From: Candidatus Poribacteria bacterium
GTDB lineage: Bacteria; Poribacteria; WGA-4E; PCPOR2b
DNA length: 64,000 nucleotides
Direction of reading: 5' to 3'
NCBI GenBank assembly: GCA_965208675.1
Contig: OZ242351.1
Span: forward strand, 1,056,001 to 1,120,000
A program made the translations under genes and the position numbers. Shown here one piece after another: positions 50,003 through 58,572 of the stretch. The notes under the pieces were generated by a model. It made no database searches, had not been told where the DNA came from, and saw only the letters and a list, made by a program, of their open reading frames with translations. Within the stretch, counting starts at the first letter, position 1; the number at the start of each line of letters is the position of its first letter.

Positions 50003-51325
50003 TCACTCTTCCGCGATGCAGTAGAGGTTTTTCTCGCCGCGCAAAATTATCTCGCTGCCAATGAGGGCGGCTGAGGCGCTGAAACTGTCGTCCAACCGAT
50101 TCTGCGCCAAAACGCTCGGTGTATCGTCGTGGCTAATCACCAGCGTTGTGCCGACTCGGTCGGTGATGTAGATTCGGTCCGCAGCAGCCACCGGAGAGGC
50201 GTAAATGTCGCGGAGGCCGCCAAGACGAAACGGTCCGCCCTGGTCCTCACCGGTAGTGGTATCCACCCGCGACAGTATCCCTTGGTAGTGGCGCAGGAAA
50301 TACAACGAGTTCCCATATAGCAGGGGAGATGGCACGTACGGCGTGCCGCGTTTGCGGCGCCACAGCACCCGGTCGGTTTCAGTAATGTCGCCCTTCGCAC
50401 CGTCTAACCGGATAGCCAGCAGCGCGCGTTTGTCATAGCTGCTGCCGGCGAAAACCAGCCCGCCCGCCGCCACCGGCGACGCCACGATGTTTGCCGACAA
50501 TCCCCCGCACTCCCAGATGACCGCACCGGTAATTAAATCGTAACCGCGCACCCGGTGCGTACCGCTAATGATGACCTGCGGTTTGCCTGCATGTTCGACT
50601 ACGATTGGCGTCGCCCACGACGTGACCTCGTCTCTCGCTGCGCTCCAGCGCTGTTTCCCGCTGCTTTTGTCGTACGCGGCGACGAACGACTGGCCTTCAT
50701 GATCCCAGTTGACAACCAACGTGTCACCGTACAGCGCAGGCGAACTGCCCTCGCCGTGACCGTGCTTGGTCTGCATTTCACCGAGATCCTTCTCCCACTG
50801 CGGCACTCCGTCCATGTCGAAGCAAAAAAGCCCGCGCGACCCGAAAAATGCGTATACACGCTCCCCATCGGTCACGGGGGAGTTGGACGCTAGGCTTGCG
50901 GTAAAATGCCCCATTTCGTGCGGCAATCCTTGGCGAACCGTCCGTTCCCAGAGAATCGTCCCATCGCGCCGATTAACGGCGATCACGAGGTACTTGTAAC
51001 GGTGTGTCACCGGTAGATTGTCGTGAGCGCCGGGTGCATCGCTATATTTGGGTTGCAAAGCCTCACCGTACGGCGCCGCAGCGGTCACGAATACCTTGTC
51101 CCCCCAGACGATTGGCGAAGAATGTCCGCCCCCCGGCAGTTCAATTTTCCACCGGATATTTTTGTCCTCGCTCCATTCTCCCGGCGGATCGGCATGCGGT
51201 GCAACACCAGTAGCCAACGGCCCGCGCCACTGGTGCCAGTAATGATTCGCATCGGTACCGTTAGCGCGCGTCATCGGGTGAATCAGTAGCCAGAATACCG
51301 CAAGGATAAATACAAATCGTTTCAT
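50003..51325 (-). CDS. PQQ-binding-like beta-propeller protein (BamB-like)
   Basis: WHQWRGP, GHSSPIVWG, SPVTDG, SWATP and YASPV repeats. Confidence 0.9.
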   Translation of the reverse strand: MKRFVFILAVFWLLIHPMTRANGTDANHYWHQWRGPLATGVAPHADPPGEWSEDKNIRWKIELPGGGHSSPIVWGDKVFVTAAAPYGEALQPKYSDAPGAHDNLPVTHRYKYLVIAVNRRDGTILWERTVRQGLPHEMGHFTASLASNSPVTDGERVYAFFGSRGLFCFDMDGVPQWEKDLGEMQTKHGHGEGSSPALYGDTLVVNWDHEGQSFVAAYDKSSGKQRWSAARDEVTSWATPIVVEHAGKPQVIISGTHRVRGYDLITGAVIWECGGLSANIVASPVAAGGLVFAGSSYDKRALLAIRLDGAKGDITETDRVLWRRKRGTPYVPSPLLYGNSLYFLRHYQGILSRVDTTTGEDQGGPFRLGGLRDIYASPVAAADRIYITDRVGTTLVISHDDTPSVLAQNRLDDSFSASAALIGSEIILRGEKNLYCIAEE

Positions 51326-51479
51326 TTTTTCTTCGATGTGAAAATCTCGTCTTTCTCAATCGGCGTGGACATGTGAGCCGACTGTGTCTTTAAGAGGTGG
51401 GAAGAAGTTTCGCGCATCAATACGTGCTAGAACATGCGGCGGGTGCGATGTTGATTCGCGAAAGGCACAAAGCCCGCGG

Positions 51480-51612
51480 ATGTTTACGTTACGTTGTTCG
51501 CAATCGTCTCTGATGTATGAGCAAAGGGTTGGGGGACCCAACCGCTGCGAAGGTCAGGTGTTTGTGCACCGCTCTTGAATGTCCGGTTGCGATGAAATGT
51601 CAACAGAACCTA
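51480..51612. mobile_element. Right part of the same MITE family; its terminal CTA is the stop codon of the adjacent PhyH gene
   Basis: aatcgtctctgat...aaagggttgggggacccaacc...gatgaaatgtcaacagaaccta, similar to 13352-13463. Confidence 0.6.
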
Positions 51613-52401
51613 CACGAACGCCCGGAGGCAGTCGTCGTCGAGCTGACGCAGCGGCGTAAAGTCGCGGTTGTTGTGATGCCAAGCGCGTTCGGTGCCGGTG
51701 CACACGTTGCTGACAGCGTTGTAGTTAAGGTACATGATCGCCCGCCGCCACGGCGAGACATTGTTCGCCGAACCGTGTAGCAGGTTGCAGTGGACAAATG
51801 CCACCGATCCTGCGGAGCCTACCAGCGCGTCAATGCCGTTTTCGTCAGCGTATAGTTTCATTGTGTCTTGATCGATGTGGTACAGGGAATAGCCGCTCCC
51901 CTTTGCGTCCACGTGCAGGCTTGAGTCCAGCGTACCGAGGCGGTGCGTACCCGGTACAACGAGGAGAGGCGACTTGGCAGCCGTGCAATCGTCGATAAAC
52001 ACCGATGCCATGATGCAGCGCGGTTCTTGCATGCCGTCGATGACTTTCCACGGCGGGTAATCCTGATGCCAGTCCCAAGCAGATCCCTTGCCGAGTCCGT
52101 ATTTCGGATTGATACGGCTCTGATGAAGGTACACATCATCCTTAAGTATTTGGCGCACCGGGTTCAGTATGCGCGGCAGCAGCGAAAGGCGCCGGAACGG
52201 TTCCGAATACACGTGCGCCCCGAAGACTAACTTCGCCGCGTCCGAATCATCCTTCTCACGCACCACCTCCAGTCCCTGCCGATTAAGAATCTCCGGCATG
52301 GCTTCCTGAAGAGTCTTCACCTCGTTCTCGCCCAGTAATCCGGGAAAGAACAGGTAACCCTGCTCCTCAAACTCCGCAATCTGCGCATCGCTAAGTTGCA
52401 T
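51610..52401 (-). CDS. PhyH family dioxygenase, ectoine/proline hydroxylase-like
   Basis: VYLHQSRINPK, WDWHQD..W...DGM, VPGTH and HGSANNVSPWRR motifs. Confidence 0.88.
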   Translation of the reverse strand: MQLSDAQIAEFEEQGYLFFPGLLGENEVKTLQEAMPEILNRQGLEVVREKDDSDAAKLVFGAHVYSEPFRRLSLLPRILNPVRQILKDDVYLHQSRINPKYGLGKGSAWDWHQDYPPWKVIDGMQEPRCIMASVFIDDCTAAKSPLLVVPGTHRLGTLDSSLHVDAKGSGYSLYHIDQDTMKLYADENGIDALVGSAGSVAFVHCNLLHGSANNVSPWRRAIMYLNYNAVSNVCTGTERAWHHNNRDFTPLRQLDDDCLRAFV

Positions 52402-52457
52402 TAAACCTTTCCAATTCTCCGAAACTCAAATCCATTTCCGTTAACCGAGTCAACACG

Positions 52458-52855
52458 AGCTGTGACCTCGCCTAAGCCCGCCTTATTAAGGAGGGGAAAG
52501 ATTATTGCTCGTTCTTGTAGGTTGGGTTAAGCGGTATTAACGAAAACACGTACGCATGCCGGGTGCGTGACGTGTTGTAATAACGTTAAAAATTTGAACT
52601 GATGAAGCGTAACCCAACGCTTTTTGTTTAATGCGAAGCGTATCGTTGACCGATAGTGGTTTCGGACAAGACTATCGCACTCACTATTCGTTCGCTTGAT
52701 CGTTGGGTTACGCTCCGCGTGTTTTGGAAGCCGCGTCGTAGGGTAATCGGAACGGAATCCCACCCATGACTGCTTTCGGATTTTCCCGCTTAACCCAACC
52801 TACAAAAGCTGCGACCTCCCCTAAGCCCGCCTTAACAAGGAGGGGAATGATTATT
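52458..52855. repeat. REP doublet flanked by ~49-bp direct repeats
   Basis: Perfect 20-bp IR ttgtaggttgggttaagcgg/ccgcttaacccaacctacaa; 14-bp inner IR; flanks agctgygacctc.cctaagcccgcctta..aaggagggg. Confidence 0.8.
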
Positions 52856-52910
52856 CGTTTTACCGACAAGGCGCATCCACCGTAGGAGAGGCATCCCATA
52901 TTTCCCTGAC

Positions 52911-55880
52911 TTATACTTTCGCGTTCAATTCCTCTACCAACAACTGCGGATCTCTACACACATGAAACGCCCACTGACCGAGTTGGCCCCAATTGTTGAC
53001 CGCGGACACCCACCGTTCGGCACCGGCATATTTTGCGTGCTCCTTGTCGGTTTCAAACCCCTTAATCTCCAAGATTAGATTGACTTCGTTCTTGAGCCGC
53101 ACGATAAAGTCCGGCTCGAAGTTGTGAGAAACACCGGTATACTCATACGGAATGCTAAGTCCGAGATGATCGTTGCGGACATAGTAGTCTACGACGTCAG
53201 ACTGCTCTAGCCGAAAGGTCGCCGAACGCTCCCAAGCCTCGGTATCAAGAACCACCTGATTCACATGGCTGCGTTCCGTGCCGTGGCAATAACGAGTGGT
53301 CATGAAGTCCACATCCGCCGATGTGCCGAAAGGTTTGTACCGGTTCAGAATTGGCAGCAGCGGTGGTTCGCCCTGCGTTTCGTCCGGTTGGATTGCCGCG
53401 ATAAGCCGTTCTACGACGCGGGTTACATACTTTTCTTGCCCTAGCTCGCATGGGTTACTTTCACGAAAATCGACTTTCCACTCTACGTAAGCATCGACCA
53501 ACCGGTACACCTGCGGGAACAACCGGTGCCGCGATTGTAAGCGAAGCGCGGTGTGGCTGTTCGGATTCGGATGCGTCTTGCTGTCCCCGACCAAATCTCG
53601 GACAATCCGCCGCGAAATCTCAAACTTAATGGCTTGAATGTGCGTGGTCTGATAGTACGCTTCGCGGTCCTGTAGTATGGCTTCACCCGGACCCAATGTA
53701 GACGGTGTACCCGTTTCATAGCCAACCGCAGGTTTGACATAAACGGCAGTCGGTGTAAGCTCTGGTTCAATTAACAACTGCGGCATCGCTTTAATATCCG
53801 CCTTAATCTCGTTCTTCTTTAGTGCAAAGGCGTATCCCTCAACGATGGGAAATCGAATCTCGTAACCCGCTCGCTCCGATAATGCGCGAACATGGTTCTT
53901 GGGTTTGTCCTCCTTCTCCGACTTACCCCGCGGGCGCCCTTTGAACGGAATCACCGAAAACGGGATGCCGTACACATCAACGTATTCTTCGGTCAGCAAC
54001 CCCGTTTCTGGATTTGGGGTGTAGTTCATTCGCCGCAGACCGCGCCCAACCACCTGTTCACACAGTAACTGGCTGGTGAACGCCCGAAGCCCGAGGATGT
54101 GCGTAACGTTCTGGGCATCCCACCCCTCGTTTAACATCGCCACGGACACGACGCACCGCACCTGCTCGCCCGGTTTCCCCCGCTTGCCGATAGTCGCCAC
54201 AATCCGCCGTAACTCTTCAGCCGCCTCCGACCCCTTCTTTGTCGAGTCGGCACTTTCTGCCTCAGCCAACTTTTTGCTGTCAATTCGGAGCGTTCGTAAC
54301 ATGCCTTCTTGGTTGGACAGCAGTTCGGGAAACACCGAACCCTGGGTGTACGCTGTCTTCGTCCGCTTCTTCTTTTTCGCCTTCCCTCCGTTTTCCCCGA
54401 CGATTTCAACCTCTTCTTCGCCGGATATTTTGCGGAAGAACATCTCCGCAATGTCGGTATTGTCGCAGACAATTATCATGACGGGCGGCGTCTTGTCTTT
54501 GGCGTCCGACGCCTCCTGAATGTATTCGTAGCGCTCCTTCCATTGGCTAGCGAGAGTTCTAAGCGCGTCTTCGGCATGTAAATACACAGCCTCCGGTTTC
54601 GGTTTTTTCCCCCTGCCCGGCAAAAACTCGGAAGGTTCGAGCTGATCGTTCACCGCGCGCCAGAGCCTGAAGTATTTCGGCTCGGGACGACCGGTGGTAT
54701 CGCTTACTGGCAATCGAGGGATTTTTGTGATACCGCTCTCAATAGCATCAACCAATCCGAAATCGCTGACGAGCCACGGGAACGGGGTGCCTTCCGGGTG
54801 ACCGCTGCCTTGTATGTAGAACGGTGTAGCGGAGAGATCGACGCAAAACCGAACGCCGCACGACCGGTTAATCGTGTCCAAACCGGTAACCCAGACGGTG
54901 GCGTCTCGGTTTTCGCTTTTTTCAGCGGCGGACAGTTTCTCATCGGTGGGAGCGGGCCGGTACGCATGATGCCCCTCGTCGTTCAACACCATAATTGGCG
55001 CGCGGTCATAGAGTTCGCCCAACACGCGCTGTGCAAAAGCGTCCGGTGTCTCTTCACCCTTATCCACGACGCCATAAGTAGAACCGCCTTCGCTGTGCGG
55101 CGACTCCGGCGCGAATTGATGCCAGTTGGTCACCAACACCTTCCCGCTGTTGAGCAGCGGACGGAGTTTGGTCGGGATAAGCTCAAATTCATCGTAGTAG
55201 TTTTCCGGCGATTCCGGCCGCAGCACCTGAAGCCGTTCCTTAATCGTCAAGTTCGGGCATACGATGAGCGCCGCCCTTGGGAATCGCTCATCGGAGGACA
55301 CCTTCCCGCGGTTGCAGAACGCCCAGGCAATCAACATCGCCATTACCACCGTCTTGCCGCTGCCGGTCGCCATCTTGCACCCGTAACGAATCAATGCCGG
55401 GAGGTCTTCTATGTCAGACGTGTCAACCAGCTTGTTGAGATCGTCATCGCTGAATTCAGGCTTAAAGGCGGTGCGTTTCCTCGCGCGGCGAATCTCGGCG
55501 AGCCAGATTATCGTCTCAACCGCTTCGCGCTGGCAGAAAAACAGCCGCGGTTCTCTATCTTCGCGCGTCCAGTGGTGCAGCAGTTCCCGCGTCACATTCG
55601 TCGCATTTCGATAATTCGATTCCCGCCACCGCCTAACGTCGCTGCGCAGGAAATTTACCAACGGCAGGTCATCCCGTTCCTCTTCTTGAAAGATTTCGAG
55701 TTGTTGACTGCCTGTGCGCTGCGTCTTATACCAGTACCCCGCCTCACGCCGCCCCCGATGCCTGTTCGCTTCGCCGGATTCCGTATCGTAAACCCAATGC
55801 GCGTGCGGTTCATCGTATGGACTGCACAGGATGGGCTGTTCAACGGGTTGGATTGGGATGTCGAGTTGGTTTTGGTTCAT
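52911..55880 (-). CDS. Type III restriction endonuclease Res subunit
   Basis: LFFCQREAVET, KMATGSGKT, NDEGHH, DLSATP, MLNEGWD, EQVVGRGLRR and PDFIV..ILEIKG motifs. Confidence 0.93.
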   Translation of the reverse strand: MNQNQLDIPIQPVEQPILCSPYDEPHAHWVYDTESGEANRHRGRREAGYWYKTQRTGSQQLEIFQEEERDDLPLVNFLRSDVRRWRESNYRNATNVTRELLHHWTREDREPRLFFCQREAVETIIWLAEIRRARKRTAFKPEFSDDDLNKLVDTSDIEDLPALIRYGCKMATGSGKTVVMAMLIAWAFCNRGKVSSDERFPRAALIVCPNLTIKERLQVLRPESPENYYDEFELIPTKLRPLLNSGKVLVTNWHQFAPESPHSEGGSTYGVVDKGEETPDAFAQRVLGELYDRAPIMVLNDEGHHAYRPAPTDEKLSAAEKSENRDATVWVTGLDTINRSCGVRFCVDLSATPFYIQGSGHPEGTPFPWLVSDFGLVDAIESGITKIPRLPVSDTTGRPEPKYFRLWRAVNDQLEPSEFLPGRGKKPKPEAVYLHAEDALRTLASQWKERYEYIQEASDAKDKTPPVMIIVCDNTDIAEMFFRKISGEEEVEIVGENGGKAKKKKRTKTAYTQGSVFPELLSNQEGMLRTLRIDSKKLAEAESADSTKKGSEAAEELRRIVATIGKRGKPGEQVRCVVSVAMLNEGWDAQNVTHILGLRAFTSQLLCEQVVGRGLRRMNYTPNPETGLLTEEYVDVYGIPFSVIPFKGRPRGKSEKEDKPKNHVRALSERAGYEIRFPIVEGYAFALKKNEIKADIKAMPQLLIEPELTPTAVYVKPAVGYETGTPSTLGPGEAILQDREAYYQTTHIQAIKFEISRRIVRDLVGDSKTHPNPNSHTALRLQSRHRLFPQVYRLVDAYVEWKVDFRESNPCELGQEKYVTRVVERLIAAIQPDETQGEPPLLPILNRYKPFGTSADVDFMTTRYCHGTERSHVNQVVLDTEAWERSATFRLEQSDVVDYYVRNDHLGLSIPYEYTGVSHNFEPDFIVRLKNEVNLILEIKGFETDKEHAKYAGAERWVSAVNNWGQLGQWAFHVCRDPQLLVEELNAKV

Positions 55881-55889
55881 GCAGGCTCC

Positions 55890-56999
55890 TTATGGTTCTG
55901 GGTAATCAGTTGTGTGTCGCGCTCTCCAATTCTTTACAAACTCTGAATCGTGCTTTTCCAATAGCTCCAGGCATTTGTCCTTTACGTCAGATGGCAAATT
56001 TTGATCGTGAACAGTAAGAATCTCCTTTATACCCATGGGTTCATTTAAGATATCCAAATGTTCGGCTAATTCCACTAAGGCACTACGGCTAGCATTTTCG
56101 AAATGGGGTATAGCTCGTCTCAGAATAGAAACCGAGTTTTTCACATCCAAACTGGCACTTACCCGAGCAAATGAACACACTGTCTCAGTTAGCAATAAAT
56201 CCTTATGTTTGGGATTTTCTGTAATTAAACGGTTGAGGAATTCTCGAAGTCCTTGATAGCATGCTTGCATGTGTAGGCGTCCGAGAAGATCTACGAAGTC
56301 ACGTAGACGATGTGCCTCAAAATCGACATAAGCATCTGAATCAACAGTAAGATTTAATAATCCCAGTATGGGGAAAATCACTTGTTGTGATTGCCTCGAA
56401 ACTAAAACGTGAGCCGCCTTGTATCTGAGTTCTAGGTCGTATTCTTCATCGTCAAACACATCTAAGAGTGCTTCGTCTCGTAATACCGTAATGTCGCGGG
56501 GATAGCGCCTGTGGTTTTCCAAGACTATCTCTTCTAACCTGTAAGCCGCGTTTTCTTTTTCTGATTCCCTGAATTGATTTTTCTGTATCTCTAACTCTTT
56601 TAGGCCTTCCTTGAATCCGCTTAGGTGCTTTTCAACATTATTCGCTATTAGCGATTTAAGTCCAAACCAAAACGCTATTCCAAGCGCAGACACGATGGTT
56701 AGGAAAAATACACCCCATTCTCTCATCTGTTCATCATTGGTGTCCCGCAACTCTCTTTCGAATTTGCCAAACTCTGCATCAATAAGTTTCGCTTTGACAT
56801 CCGTATAATTTTTAGCAAGGGCCATCTTTTCAATATTTTCGACAATCTTAAGTTGCTTTTCGAGTTCTGACACTCGTTTCTTGAGATCTTCGATTTCCTG
56901 CGCTGATTGCTGCGAGGTCTGATTCTGTTGGGGGGATACCGGGGGTGGTGTTACGCCGACTAACGCCCCTAGTAATAAGCATACTATGAATATTTTCAT
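55890..56999 (-). CDS. Hypothetical membrane protein (signal peptide, coiled coil, TM, helical C-domain)
   Basis: 369-aa AT-richer ORF with GAGGA RBS, located between mod and res. Confidence 0.8.
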   Translation of the reverse strand: MKIFIVCLLLGALVGVTPPPVSPQQNQTSQQSAQEIEDLKKRVSELEKQLKIVENIEKMALAKNYTDVKAKLIDAEFGKFERELRDTNDEQMREWGVFFLTIVSALGIAFWFGLKSLIANNVEKHLSGFKEGLKELEIQKNQFRESEKENAAYRLEEIVLENHRRYPRDITVLRDEALLDVFDDEEYDLELRYKAAHVLVSRQSQQVIFPILGLLNLTVDSDAYVDFEAHRLRDFVDLLGRLHMQACYQGLREFLNRLITENPKHKDLLLTETVCSFARVSASLDVKNSVSILRRAIPHFENASRSALVELAEHLDILNEPMGIKEILTVHDQNLPSDVKDKCLELLEKHDSEFVKNWRARHTTDYPEP

Positions 57000-57128
57000 T
57001 TTCTAGCCCTTATCCTCATCTCGCTCGCCGTGCATTGCCAAATCCATGGCACATCATTGAAAACTCGCTTGGATTTGTCAATCCAAGGGGAGCGGTACTA
57101 ACTTAGTCTCAGGGGGCAAAATTTCCAA

Positions 57129-58496
57129 TTAACCATCTTTTGTGGCCGATTTTTGCGGTATGATTTCTCTGATTACTTGTTGTACAGGGCTTCTGCTGTC
57201 AGGACCGGTCACCTTGGTTGGCAAGTAGCCGGTCTGATTCGCGTCGAATATAGCCTCGGTGGCGGCTAGTAGCACGGCATCGCGTGTTTCCCGGTTGTCC
57301 CCTGCTGCGGCGACGAACGTATCGAAAGTCGCAAGCGCATTCTGCCGATGAGTATTAATGACCTCTAAGTGTTTCTGGGCGGTATAGTTCTTAATCGAAC
57401 GATTAAGCCAAAGATAGATGGGAGAAAGTAAAAGCCCCTTCGCAAAAAGATTTTGCAATGCTGCGGTAAACTGAGTGCCTTGAGGGCTAAGGTTTGTATG
57501 TAACCAATAGAAAAACCCGAAGAACGCGATCGTAGCCACACCCGTCATTATGAGCCAAATCCTAGCTACCCCTTTGTGCTTTTCAGCCTGATCTGAAAAA
57601 ATCGTTTTGTGATGGGAAACTGATTTATCGGCCAGCGAATTTTGTATGTCAAGCTTTAGTTTCTCAAATTCTTGTTGCCTTTTGGCTTCCTGTTTCTCGA
57701 ACTCTTCGTTGTTTCGTTTACTTGTGCTAGTTTCCGCAGTCATTTGGTCTAAGGCTTTTGCAACCGTAGCATTGACATTGTTTTCAAGCTGATTGACTTT
57801 CCTTGAAGACAGAAAAGCTGAAATGTTTCGTAAGGATTCCTTCGCAGAATCACAAAACTGAGAAATTCTCTCCAGAAGTTGAGCATGTGCCTCTCGTGGA
57901 TTTTCGTCACTAATATCGAAATCCTCAATCTCTTCCACTGTCGCGTAAAACTGTCGTAAGTTCTGGCTAATGATATCTAGTTCGTTCCACGACAAATTCA
58001 GCAGTGATTCACGTGAAGAAGTCAAGACATCTTGAAACATTCCGTGTACCATTAACAAATTTGGATGCGGGAATTCGAAGCTAAATCCAGCCCCCGACAA
58101 ATCGGACCGATTTAACTCTTGAAAGTTGATTTCAGCTAGGTTAAGCCTTCTCAGCAAGTCGATATATCCCAGATTCGTTGCTTTGACGGACTGGAGACGG
58201 GAAAGAATTGTCTCAGGATCATTTGAAGTAACAAGTTGTTCATTTTCATCCCCTCGCTCCCATATTTCGACCATTGGATTTTCTGTGGCATCGCCCACCA
58301 TTTCAATATCATACGTCTTCGTGTTTTCAAAATCCGCGAGGTACCATATGGCCGCATCTTGCCACGTTAGTAGGCTATTAGAAAGCAAGACATTCTTTGT
58401 TTTGAATTCTTTTTGTAGGTTAGACCAGTCATTCCTGTCCCAAACCTGCCGAAACCTTGGCAAATCCAAATTAAAAAGCTTTTTTCTTTCTGCCAT
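57129..58496 (-). CDS. Hypothetical coiled-coil protein with two C-terminal TM helices
   Basis: GGAG RBS; TM pair followed by NYTAQKH..INTHRQNALATF..DAVLLAAT..IF...TGY. Confidence 0.8.
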   Translation of the reverse strand: MAERKKLFNLDLPRFRQVWDRNDWSNLQKEFKTKNVLLSNSLLTWQDAAIWYLADFENTKTYDIEMVGDATENPMVEIWERGDENEQLVTSNDPETILSRLQSVKATNLGYIDLLRRLNLAEINFQELNRSDLSGAGFSFEFPHPNLLMVHGMFQDVLTSSRESLLNLSWNELDIISQNLRQFYATVEEIEDFDISDENPREAHAQLLERISQFCDSAKESLRNISAFLSSRKVNQLENNVNATVAKALDQMTAETSTSKRNNEEFEKQEAKRQQEFEKLKLDIQNSLADKSVSHHKTIFSDQAEKHKGVARIWLIMTGVATIAFFGFFYWLHTNLSPQGTQFTAALQNLFAKGLLLSPIYLWLNRSIKNYTAQKHLEVINTHRQNALATFDTFVAAAGDNRETRDAVLLAATEAIFDANQTGYLPTKVTGPDSRSPVQQVIREIIPQKSATKDG

Positions 58497-58572
58497 GAAA
58501 ACTCCCAACCCTCCCAATCGTAATATTTTTGAGACTTCAGTGCTTGATATACCTTTTTACGATTGCATTACA

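Noticed and set aside
51610-52401. Calling this gene ectD
   Set aside because: EctD-like motifs are present but there is no ectABC context, so the substrate cannot be assigned.
54798-55946. 382-aa plus-strand ORF (and 58126..58992, 288 aa)
   Set aside because: Antisense shadows of the res and mod genes.
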